Shown here: piece by piece, positions 18,860 through 27,424 of the stretch
Layout: the number at the start of each line of letters is the position of its first letter
Position numbering within the stretch: position 1 is the stretch's first letter
Assembly (NCBI GenBank): GCA_963676835.2
Contig: CAXXFF010000001.1
Location: 224,001-288,000, forward strand
Length of the DNA: 64,000 nt
Source: Marispirochaeta sp.
GTDB lineage: Bacteria; Spirochaetota; Spirochaetia; JC444; Marispirochaetaceae
Direction: 5' to 3'
The notes under the pieces: generated by a model
The model's input: the letters and a program-made list of their open reading frames with translations, nothing else
Told to the model about the DNA's origin: nothing
Databases searched by the model: none
Translations under genes and position numbers: made by a program

Positions 18860-21396
18860 CAGTTATTATCGCTGCTCAGCTTCTTGGCAATTTCACGGAT
18901 TTCGATAACCTCAAAGGTATCGCCAACCTGAACATCAAGATAATCTTCAATACCGATACCACATTCATATCCGGTGGCAACCTCTTTCGCGTCATCCTTG
19001 AAGCGTTTGAGAGAGGTAATCTTTCCGGTATGAATCTCAATGCCGTCCCGCACAACATGTACAGTTGCTCCGCGGGTAACCTTACCTGAAGTAACGTAAC
19101 AACCGGCAATAAGACCGATCTTGGGTACCTTGAAGGTATCCCGGACTTCCACGGTTCCGACGGTTTCTTCCCGGAGTTCCGGAGAAAGCATACCTTCCAT
19201 GGCATCCCGAATGTCGTCTACGGCATCGTATATGATTGTATACTTACGTATCTCAACCTTTTCCTGTTCCGCAAGCATCTGAGCCTTGGGAGTCGGACGG
19301 ACATGGAATGCGATAATAATTGCATCCGATGCGGCTGCGAGACTTACATTAGACTCGGTTACCGTACCTGCAGATGCATCGATGACATTAAGCCTGATTT
19401 CGGGAGTACTCAGCCGTTCGAGGGCCATCTGAAGGGCCTCAACTGAACCGTGAACGTCACCCTTGATAATTACCTTGAGCTCCTGAACACCACCCTGCTG
19501 AATGGAATCATAGAGATTATCAAGAGTAATTTTCTTGACATTCTTTGCCTCTCCGGCTTTCTCAAGTTCCTGCCGCTTGTTACCAACCTGGCGGGCAACC
19601 TTTTCATTTTCGGTAACCTGGAAGGGATCACCCGAACTTGGGGTACCGGTAAATCCAAGAACCTCTACCGGTGTTGCAGGGGTAGCCTCATTAACCTTGT
19701 TGCCAAGATCATCAAACATTGCCCTGACCTTACCGGGGAAAACGCCCGCAACGAAGGCATCACCAACCTTGAGTGTACCCCGTTCGACGATCACTGTACC
19801 CACAATACCGCGGCCATGATCAACTTTTGACTCAATGATTCGGCCTTCGGCACGGCAATCATAATTTGCCTTGAGCTCCATGACTTCAGCCTGGAGATTT
19901 ATGGTCTCCAACAGCTCCGGAATTCCCTGCCCTTTAAGAGCTGAAACTTCGCAGAACATGGTGGAACCGCCCCAGTCTTCGGGCATAAGTTCATATTCAG
20001 AAAGCTGCTGCTTTACCCGATCTATGTTTGCTTCAGGAAGATCGACCTTGTTTATTGCCACAATAATCGGAACTTCCGCAGCCTTTGCATGGTTAATTGC
20101 TTCGGCCGTCTGTGGCATAACACCATCGTTAGCCGCAACTACGAGTACAACAATATCGGTTACCTGAGCTCCGCGGGCACGCATCTGTGTAAATGCTTCG
20201 TGACCTGGAGTATCAAGGAAAACAATATCTCCACCACCATCGGCGAGGGGCACCTTGTATGCACCTATATGCTGGGTAATACCACCAAACTCACCGCCGA
20301 CCACATTGGTTGCCCGAATGCTGTCCAGAAGCTTGGTTTTACCATGATCGACATGTCCCATAATGGTAACAATCGGCGGCCGCGCTTTAAGGTCTGCGTC
20401 ATCCTTGTCATCGCTTTCAATGAGAGTTTCATCGTAAAGGCTGACAATTTTTACATTAGACCCGTACTCTTCAGCCAAAAGCTGCGCTGTATCGGAGTCG
20501 ATCTGCTGGTTAATGGTAACCATCATTCCCATGCCCATAAGCTTGGAAATAAGCTCGCCAGCCTTGAGATTCATCTTTCTTGCAAGTTCGGAAACCGTTA
20601 TTACTTCCATAATATCGATCTCTTTGGGAACCGGGTTTATTTTCTTGATGGGACGCTTCTTTATCTGAAAATCCCTTTCAGCAAGTTCTTCCTTGCGGTT
20701 CTTCTGATATGCAGCCTTTTTCTTGGCCTTGAAGAACTTTTTACCGGTTTTGCTCTTGCCTTCGCCAGCTTCCGGTGACGGTGCCGCTGAAGGAGCTCCG
20801 CCGCCACCTCCGGGCCTGCGGAAATTTCCCCCCTGAGGCCTGCCGGGACCACCTGGTCGCGGGCCGCCTGGCCTGGGCCCTCCGGGACCACGATTACCGC
20901 CGGGTCGCCCGCCCTGCCGGTTATCGGGTCCGGGGCGCCTGTTTTCCTGGGGTTTCTGTTCCCTCTGGGACCGTGGCAGACCGGTGCGCATACGGGTATA
21001 ACCACCGGTGCGCCCTTTCTGTGTCTGGCGTATTTCTTCCTGACTGTCTGAAGCAGCTTTTGCCCTTGGGGCTTCAGCAGCAGGTTGTTTAACTGTGTCT
21101 TCAGATACCGCAGCTGCGGGTGCAGGTTTTTCCTGGGGTTTGTCCTTCTTAGGCTCTTCCGCAGGCGCTGCCTTATTTTCCGCCGGAGCAGGAGTTTCTT
21201 CCTGAACCTTTTCGACCTCGGGGGCATCTTCTTTTTTGGCCACAACTCGAGGAACGGGCTTTTTCTTTTTCTTGACAACGACGACCCGCTTTTTCTCCTG
21301 TTTTGATTCTTTGGAATCCGGAGATGATTCTTCGGGCTTTTTGTGTTTTATGAGGGTCGCTTTTGGTTTCTTCTTATCTTCCTGTTCTTCAGCCAT
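18859..21396 (-). CDS. infB: Translation initiation factor IF-2
   Basis: GHVDHGKT, DTPGH and NKVD G-domain motifs; Lys/Pro/Gly-rich N-terminus. Confidence 0.98.
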   Translation of the reverse strand: MAEEQEDKKKPKATLIKHKKPEESSPDSKESKQEKKRVVVVKKKKKPVPRVVAKKEDAPEVEKVQEETPAPAENKAAPAEEPKKDKPQEKPAPAAAVSEDTVKQPAAEAPRAKAASDSQEEIRQTQKGRTGGYTRMRTGLPRSQREQKPQENRRPGPDNRQGGRPGGNRGPGGPRPGGPRPGGPGRPQGGNFRRPGGGGGAPSAAPSPEAGEGKSKTGKKFFKAKKKAAYQKNRKEELAERDFQIKKRPIKKINPVPKEIDIMEVITVSELARKMNLKAGELISKLMGMGMMVTINQQIDSDTAQLLAEEYGSNVKIVSLYDETLIESDDKDDADLKARPPIVTIMGHVDHGKTKLLDSIRATNVVGGEFGGITQHIGAYKVPLADGGGDIVFLDTPGHEAFTQMRARGAQVTDIVVLVVAANDGVMPQTAEAINHAKAAEVPIIVAINKVDLPEANIDRVKQQLSEYELMPEDWGGSTMFCEVSALKGQGIPELLETINLQAEVMELKANYDCRAEGRIIESKVDHGRGIVGTVIVERGTLKVGDAFVAGVFPGKVRAMFDDLGNKVNEATPATPVEVLGFTGTPSSGDPFQVTENEKVARQVGNKRQELEKAGEAKNVKKITLDNLYDSIQQGGVQELKVIIKGDVHGSVEALQMALERLSTPEIRLNVIDASAGTVTESNVSLAAASDAIIIAFHVRPTPKAQMLAEQEKVEIRKYTIIYDAVDDIRDAMEGMLSPELREETVGTVEVRDTFKVPKIGLIAGCYVTSGKVTRGATVHVVRDGIEIHTGKITSLKRFKDDAKEVATGYECGIGIEDYLDVQVGDTFEVIEIREIAKKLSSDNN

Positions 21397-21428
21397 AGTT
21401 CCTCAGTCTGCTATTTCGGATTGTGTCC

Positions 21429-22880
21429 TTACTCTTCTTCGTCCGATACTTCAAAGCTTAAACCGACACCGCAATTTGGACAGTTTGCCATATCGATTGT
21501 GATTTCATGTCCGCATTCTGGACATTCGTACGAATCCTCAGCATCAGGCACGTACTCCGAATCTGCTTCAGTATTCTCTTCTTCTTCCTCGATAATGTCA
21601 ACATTCTCGTTGATTATGGATGTTATGGTCTCAACATCATCAGCGCTGAGTCCCTCCATATTACCCATTTCATCTTCGGTAAGATTAATCAGGTCTTCGA
21701 TGTATTCGACATTATTTTCCTCGAGGGCCGATACAATATGCTCCGGAATATCCGGCAATTCTGCGATGCGGGTAATCTCTTCTTCTTCCACATCACTGAA
21801 AAGGGCTTCCATTGCCTTTTTACTTTCAGCGGAAATATCCATCTCTTCAAACTGAGCGATGGTTTTTACATCGATATTCCAGTCAACCAGCCGGTTGGCA
21901 AGACGCACATTAAGCCCCTGCTTTCCGATTGCAAGGGATAACTGGTTCTCTTCAACCACCGCAAGAGCCTGCCGTTTCGCCTCATCGAGGATAACAACTG
22001 TTTCCACTTCCGCGGGAGAAAGTGCATTCTTAATAAAATCTCTGGGATTGGTATCGTATTTGAGGATATCGATTTTCTCACCCTCAAGTTCACGTACAAT
22101 TGCCTGAATACGAACACCTTTCATACCTACACAGGCACCTACCGGGTCGACATCTTCACGGTTTGAGTAGACTGCAAGCTTGGTACGGTAACCCGGCTCC
22201 CGGACTATCTTGAAAATCTCGACGGTTTTGTCATATACCTCGGGTACTTCAAGCTCAAAGATCCTGCGAACAAAATCGGTATGTGTCCTGGACAGAACAA
22301 TCTGCAGCCCCGAAGTTGTCTTGTTCACTTCGTAAATAAGCGCCTTGATCCTGTCGTTGGGCCGATAAATTTCCCGGGGGGACTGGTAGCGCTTGGGCAG
22401 TATACCTTCTACCCGACCGAGATCAACAAAAATATTGCCGTTCCGTTCGCGCTGATAATAGCCGATGATCATCTCACCGGCCTTTTCAGCGAACTCTGAA
22501 TACAGCGTGTCTTTCTGTATGTCACGAAGCGTCTGCTTTGCCTTCTGTTTGGCACTCTGTACAGCTACACGGTCAAACTCCTGAGGATTTATCTCAATCA
22601 GCAGTTCATCGCCCAGCTCACAGTCCTCATTTAAAATGAGGGCCTCTTCAATGGCTATCTCAGTGACCTCGTCATATACATCATCAACAATCTGCTTTTT
22701 GGCAAACAGTGCTACTTCGTCACCTTCTTCATCAAAACGAACAACAGCATTATCAGCATGCCCGAATTTTTTCTTATATGCCGCAAGAAGAAAATCTTCT
22801 ATTGTTTTCATTACCAGATCTTCAGAAATCCCACGATCCTGAACTATAGATCTGATAGCATCAGCTAAACCAGAGGCCAT
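21429..22880 (-). CDS. nusA: Transcription termination factor NusA with C-terminal acidic region and Zn ribbon
   Basis: S1 and KH domains (DPVGACVG, AIGKQGLNVRLA); C-terminal CPEC...CPNC. Confidence 0.98.
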   Translation of the reverse strand: MASGLADAIRSIVQDRGISEDLVMKTIEDFLLAAYKKKFGHADNAVVRFDEEGDEVALFAKKQIVDDVYDEVTEIAIEEALILNEDCELGDELLIEINPQEFDRVAVQSAKQKAKQTLRDIQKDTLYSEFAEKAGEMIIGYYQRERNGNIFVDLGRVEGILPKRYQSPREIYRPNDRIKALIYEVNKTTSGLQIVLSRTHTDFVRRIFELEVPEVYDKTVEIFKIVREPGYRTKLAVYSNREDVDPVGACVGMKGVRIQAIVRELEGEKIDILKYDTNPRDFIKNALSPAEVETVVILDEAKRQALAVVEENQLSLAIGKQGLNVRLANRLVDWNIDVKTIAQFEEMDISAESKKAMEALFSDVEEEEITRIAELPDIPEHIVSALEENNVEYIEDLINLTEDEMGNMEGLSADDVETITSIINENVDIIEEEEENTEADSEYVPDAEDSYECPECGHEITIDMANCPNCGVGLSFEVSDEEE

Positions 22881-22889
22881 AACTACCCC

Positions 22890-23336
22890 CTACCCCTCAG
22901 ATATTTTCGCTTTAACAATGTCGGAACTCCCGTATCGTTTCTCGCCACCTTCAGTGACAAGTACTATCTCTTTTTCATCGGCGGATTCAAGAACACCTGT
23001 AACCCAATCATTGGTACCTTCCGCCATTACTTTGATTTTTGCCCCGGTGAACAGAGAAAACTCCCTGAAATATTTAATATTGCGGGAAATACCCGGGGAT
23101 GATACTTCAAGATTTATATCCCGTGAATCAAGAAGCACCTCAAGCCTCGGCATTACTGTACGGTATACTTTTGTACAGTCATCAAGGCCTACACCTTCAG
23201 AACGGGTAATAAACAGGGACACCTGAATGCTTCGCTTGACCTGACGCAGCTGAGCTTCAACCACGCCGTAACCCATTTCCTGAATAATAGCCACCGTCGA
23301 CTCAAGTTCAGGGCTTATTCCTGTTCCCTCTTTCAT
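22890..23336 (-). CDS. rimP: Ribosome maturation factor RimP
   Basis: GVGLDDC and LEVSSPG motifs; directly upstream of nusA; start uncertain (MKEG at 23336 chosen). Confidence 0.9.
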   Translation of the reverse strand: MKEGTGISPELESTVAIIQEMGYGVVEAQLRQVKRSIQVSLFITRSEGVGLDDCTKVYRTVMPRLEVLLDSRDINLEVSSPGISRNIKYFREFSLFTGAKIKVMAEGTNDWVTGVLESADEKEIVLVTEGGEKRYGSSDIVKAKISEG

Positions 23337-23382
23337 GATGCCTAAAATTGCTCCTTGAAACATCAGGTTTTGACGATGATAC

Positions 23383-23408
23383 AAAAAAAAGAGTCGCTGG
23401 CGACTCTT
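23383..23408 (-). terminator. rimP leader attenuator hairpin
   Basis: AAGAGTCGC-CA-GCGACTC followed by T8, between a candidate promoter and rimP. Confidence 0.7.
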
Positions 23409-23439
23409 CCTTCTCGTCGTTCCTGTATATGTCGTTATT

Positions 23440-23468
23440 ATATTATCAATCACCATGCTCCTAGTCAA
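23440..23468 (-). promoter_or_regulatory. Sigma70-like promoter of the rimP-nusA-infB operon
   Basis: TTGACT, 17 bp spacer, TAATAT; overlaps the comF stop. Confidence 0.5.
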
Positions 23469-24183
23469 TAGCTATAACTATCTGCAGAGCCGGTGTATAT
23501 CCGGCAATCCTGAGTGCCGCTTCCGCCGACCTCAGACTTGCGCCGGTGGTTCGTACATCATCAATAATTATCACCCTCTGCAGATTCCCCTTTTTTCTGC
23601 AGGGCCTGCAGCTGAACAGCTGACCTGAAGATTGCCGTTCTTCCCGGCTCAATCCTTTCTGCTCACCCTTCCTGATTCTCTTTAAAAGCCCTGGAGCACT
23701 GGTAAACCCATTTTTCGCCATAAATGCAGCCACTGTTTCCATATGTCCCCAGCCATTGCGTCTGCGGGATCCCTTTCCCGATGGTAATGGAACTATCAGG
23801 TAATTTTTCATATTGTCCGGGATAAGTTCGGCTATGCAGATAGAGAAAAATTCAGCTGCTGTACGGATTCCGTTAAACTTGTACCGCCGGATAAGAAACC
23901 TTGCAGCGCCGCGGTAGGAAAAAACCGCCTTAGCCGGAATTCCGATATAATCATTTTTCCGGCATAAAACACAAGTACCGCTTTCACTTACAAGACGTTG
24001 TCCGCAGGAAATGCAGCTGTTGCCGCCGATCCTCTGCAGCGCCAGTTCTTCAAGGCATGAGTCACAGAGACCATGCCTCAGCTTTCTGCTGTCAGCAACT
24101 ATATTTCTGCATAGAATACATCGTGGAGGGAAAAGGATATCGAGAAAGCGGTGTATACCAAAGCTTGTATTTTGACGGCACAT
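23461..24183 (-). CDS. comF: ComF family protein (Zn ribbon + PRTase-like domain)
   Basis: LFPPRCILC...CDSC...CISC...CVLC and IIDDVRTTGASL. Confidence 0.9.
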   Translation of the reverse strand: MCRQNTSFGIHRFLDILFPPRCILCRNIVADSRKLRHGLCDSCLEELALQRIGGNSCISCGQRLVSESGTCVLCRKNDYIGIPAKAVFSYRGAARFLIRRYKFNGIRTAAEFFSICIAELIPDNMKNYLIVPLPSGKGSRRRNGWGHMETVAAFMAKNGFTSAPGLLKRIRKGEQKGLSREERQSSGQLFSCRPCRKKGNLQRVIIIDDVRTTGASLRSAEAALRIAGYTPALQIVIAID

Positions 24184-24216
24184 ACCCTATGAAACCGCGG
24201 ATACCCGGGGCTTGCA

Positions 24217-26790
24217 TCAGGAAGTGAGAGAATTTCTTATACGATTTAAAAAAACAAGGGCTTCCAGTGGTGTAGTACTATCGATGTTCAGGTTAATAAT
24301 TTCCTGAACAGCCATATCCTCTCTGCCGAAAAGATCCTCCTGAAACTCTTTATTATCAATACCGCCAGGACAGGGAGGAGCTGTTGCATCCAGAGAACCG
24401 AGAATTGCAGCGGCTCTCCGGATAACCTCGTCGGGGATGCCCGCAAGCCTGGCCACATGGATTCCGTAGGAACTCCCGGCGGCACCATGCTTAAGGCGTT
24501 TGAGAAAAATAACATCTCCATCTTTTTCCAGCACTTCCATATGCAGATTGCAGACATCAGGATCTTCCATGGTGGTCAATTCATGGTAGTGGGTAGCAAA
24601 AAGGGTGTTCACCTTATGACGGATAATATACTCCGAGACCGCCCAGGCAATGGACAGACCGTCATTTGTGCTGGTTCCCCGTCCAACTTCGTCCATAATA
24701 ACCAGACTTGATGGTGTCATATAACGGAGAATATTGGCAGTCTCATTCATTTCTACAAGAAAAGTTGACTCTCCCCGGGCAAGATTGTCCGAGGCGCCCA
24801 CCCTGCAGAAAATTCTGTCTACAAGACCAATACGGGCCTCCCTTGCGGGAACAAAAGAACCCATCTGGGCCATGAGTACGATCAAAGCCGTCTGACGAAG
24901 CACCGTTGATTTTCCTGCCATATTGGGTCCTGTAATCAGGGCAAAGGGAGGCTTGTCACCGCCCAGAGCAATACTGTTCGGAACAAATTCCCCGGGAGGG
25001 AGATACTTCTCAACAACCGGATGGCGTCCCTCCTCTATGCAGATAGAGTTTTCCCCCTTGATTTCTGGCCGGACAAAACCATGAATAGTAGCTGCACACG
25101 CCAGCGCCGCCAAAGCATCCAGTTCTGCAATAAACTCTGCATGCCGAAAAAGGGTATCCAGATAGGCTGCCACATCTGCCCGCAGCTGCAGAAACACCTC
25201 TTTTTCCAGTTCAAGAGCCCGTTCATCCGCACTGTTGACTTCAGTTTCAATTGCAATAAGCTCATCGGTGGTGAAGCGTTCACTGCCTACAAGGGACTGT
25301 CTGCGGATAAAATGGTCCGGTACCATCTGAAGATTACTTTTGGTAACCTCGAAAAAATACCCGATTATTTTGTTATACTTAATTTTCAGGTTTGAAATTC
25401 CCGTTCGCTCACGTTCCTTCTCAATATATTGATCAAGAACCTTTTTGCGGTCTTTACGAATATTACGCAGGCGGTCCAGTTCTTCATGATATCCCTGAGC
25501 AATAAGTCTTCCCTCTGTAAGCAGAATCGACGGATCGGGATGGACCGCAATGCTTAGAAGCTTATTAACCTCAGCCCCCCTGGAAGCCTCCTCTTCGGAG
25601 AGAACCGGGATGCCTTTAAGTGATCCTGATGCTGCAAGCAGGGTATGGACTGAAGCAATACTATAAAGTGTGTTGCGTATGGAAAGAAGATCCTTGGCAT
25701 GGGCTCTTCCCAGGGCAACCCGGGTTCCGAGCCTCTGAAGATCCAGAACGCTTTTCAACTGGTCCCTCAGATCGTTAAGCAGCATCTGCTCGTGATAGAG
25801 TGATTCCACTGCATCGAGACGCCGGTTGATCAGATCACTCTGCCTTAAGGGGTGCAGCACCCAGCTGCGAAGAACCCTTGCCCCAGGAGCTGTCTCTGCA
25901 TAATCGAGAACATCAAGCAGGGTATACTTCTCCGACCCGTCATTGAGGTTTCTTACCAGTTCAAGATTCCTCTGGGTGGCATTGTCTATTCCGACATATG
26001 TTTCATCACCATATTTTTCTATGGAACGGATATGAGCCGCTGCCGTCCGGGCTGTTTCTTCGATATATTCAAGCAATGCAGCTGCGGTCATTACTTCCGG
26101 ATCTTTCTCTCCGAGTCCGAAGCCTTTCAAATTAGCCGTATGAAACTGGGTACACAGCTTCTTGTAGGCACCTTCCTGATCAAAATGCCAGTCTGGAATC
26201 CTGTTAAGCAGAAGAGAGTTGCGGGAAGAGAGGATACGCCGTACATCATCGTTCTCATCATACAGCGATTCCTGGATCAGAACTTCCTTCGGATCGAGCC
26301 GATTCAGTTCCAGGGCCAGATAATCGGTAAACCTGGAGAGCTCCACCGCTGTGGCTTTGAAATCGCCGGTTGAGATATCTATATAGGCAATGGAACCCTG
26401 TCCATTATAGAGACCCGCAGCCAGAAGATAATTATTGCGCCGGTTCTCCAGAAAATCCTCTTCCAGGACCGTACCGGGGGTAATAATCTCCACAACCTTG
26501 CGCTCGGCAATACCTTTGCCTCCTTTAGGCATGGCGGTCTGCTCACATACGGCAATTTTTTTACCCGCCTTGAGGAGGCGGCCGATATAAGCGGAGGCGG
26601 CATGATAGGGAATACCGCACATGGGGATATTGTGTCTTTTAGTAAGGGTGATATTAAGAATACCCGAGACCTCCTTTGCATCCTGGTTGAACATTTCATA
26701 GAAATCTCCAAGCCGGAAGAAAAGGATGGCGTCCCGGTTTTCCTGCTTGATCCGCAGGTACTGTTTCATCATGGGTGTATTTTCTGACAT
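24217..26790 (-). CDS. mutS: DNA mismatch repair protein MutS
   Basis: TPMMKQY, FRLGDFYEMF, TGPNMAGKS, DEVGRGTS and FATHYHEL motifs. Confidence 0.98.
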   Translation of the reverse strand: MSENTPMMKQYLRIKQENRDAILFFRLGDFYEMFNQDAKEVSGILNITLTKRHNIPMCGIPYHAASAYIGRLLKAGKKIAVCEQTAMPKGGKGIAERKVVEIITPGTVLEEDFLENRRNNYLLAAGLYNGQGSIAYIDISTGDFKATAVELSRFTDYLALELNRLDPKEVLIQESLYDENDDVRRILSSRNSLLLNRIPDWHFDQEGAYKKLCTQFHTANLKGFGLGEKDPEVMTAAALLEYIEETARTAAAHIRSIEKYGDETYVGIDNATQRNLELVRNLNDGSEKYTLLDVLDYAETAPGARVLRSWVLHPLRQSDLINRRLDAVESLYHEQMLLNDLRDQLKSVLDLQRLGTRVALGRAHAKDLLSIRNTLYSIASVHTLLAASGSLKGIPVLSEEEASRGAEVNKLLSIAVHPDPSILLTEGRLIAQGYHEELDRLRNIRKDRKKVLDQYIEKERERTGISNLKIKYNKIIGYFFEVTKSNLQMVPDHFIRRQSLVGSERFTTDELIAIETEVNSADERALELEKEVFLQLRADVAAYLDTLFRHAEFIAELDALAALACAATIHGFVRPEIKGENSICIEEGRHPVVEKYLPPGEFVPNSIALGGDKPPFALITGPNMAGKSTVLRQTALIVLMAQMGSFVPAREARIGLVDRIFCRVGASDNLARGESTFLVEMNETANILRYMTPSSLVIMDEVGRGTSTNDGLSIAWAVSEYIIRHKVNTLFATHYHELTTMEDPDVCNLHMEVLEKDGDVIFLKRLKHGAAGSSYGIHVARLAGIPDEVIRRAAAILGSLDATAPPCPGGIDNKEFQEDLFGREDMAVQEIINLNIDSTTPLEALVFLNRIRNSLTS

Positions 26791-26849
26791 CTCTCAAGGA
26801 GTATAATTACAGTCAGAAAAAGGGACAAGCTCCAAGGAGCCGGGAGTAA

Positions 26850-27371
26850 TCAGCCCCCGGCGTTCTGCATAAGTTTTTCTATAACAATATCTGTAATATC
26901 CACATCTTTTGAGAAGAAAAGGATATTGGGATCCTGAGCCTTATAGATAACCGCGAATCCCTCTTCCTCGGCGACATACTCAATAGCCTGGAGAATTTCA
27001 GCGGACAGAGAGGATGATGCCTGAAGGTTTTCCCGCAGCCGGTTGATCTTGTTAGTCATTACACTGTGGTAATCTTTAAGATACTCCTGCTTGTCATCTA
27101 TCTGTTTTTCAATCCTTAATACAAGGCTGTCGTTGCCGTCCCGCTGGGCACTCAGCTTGTCCTCTTTAAGAATATCTATCTGGCTGATTATTCTCTGCCG
27201 CTCAGTTTCGTAGGTCTGCTGCAGCTCCTCAATTTTGCGGAAAGATACAGATTCCCTGAAATACTGACTGAATATTTTTGAAAGATCCACAACTCCAACC
27301 CGGCTTACAATTTCACCGTAGCCGGAAATCAGAGTTATCATCAGAAAAAGTGCTGTTAAAATACGTTTCAT
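26850..27371 (-). CDS. skp: Skp/OmpH periplasmic chaperone
   Basis: Signal peptide, VGVVDLSKI, long coiled coil, VDITDIVI C-terminus; follows bamA. Confidence 0.9.
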   Translation of the reverse strand: MKRILTALFLMITLISGYGEIVSRVGVVDLSKIFSQYFRESVSFRKIEELQQTYETERQRIISQIDILKEDKLSAQRDGNDSLVLRIEKQIDDKQEYLKDYHSVMTNKINRLRENLQASSSLSAEILQAIEYVAEEEGFAVIYKAQDPNILFFSKDVDITDIVIEKLMQNAGG

Positions 27372-27424
27372 TAAACCCCGCTTCCCACCCTGTCAGACCA
27401 GGGCGGTTTTCTACTATAGACCGA

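Noticed and set aside
20800..20945. GC-rich repetitive stretch suggesting a tandem repeat or array
   Set aside because: It encodes the ordinary PGGPR low-complexity linker of IF-2; there is no repeat-spacer structure.
20661..21278. 205-aa basic ORF in an alternative frame of infB
   Set aside because: A frame shadow of the low-complexity IF-2 N-terminus; infB itself is uninterrupted.
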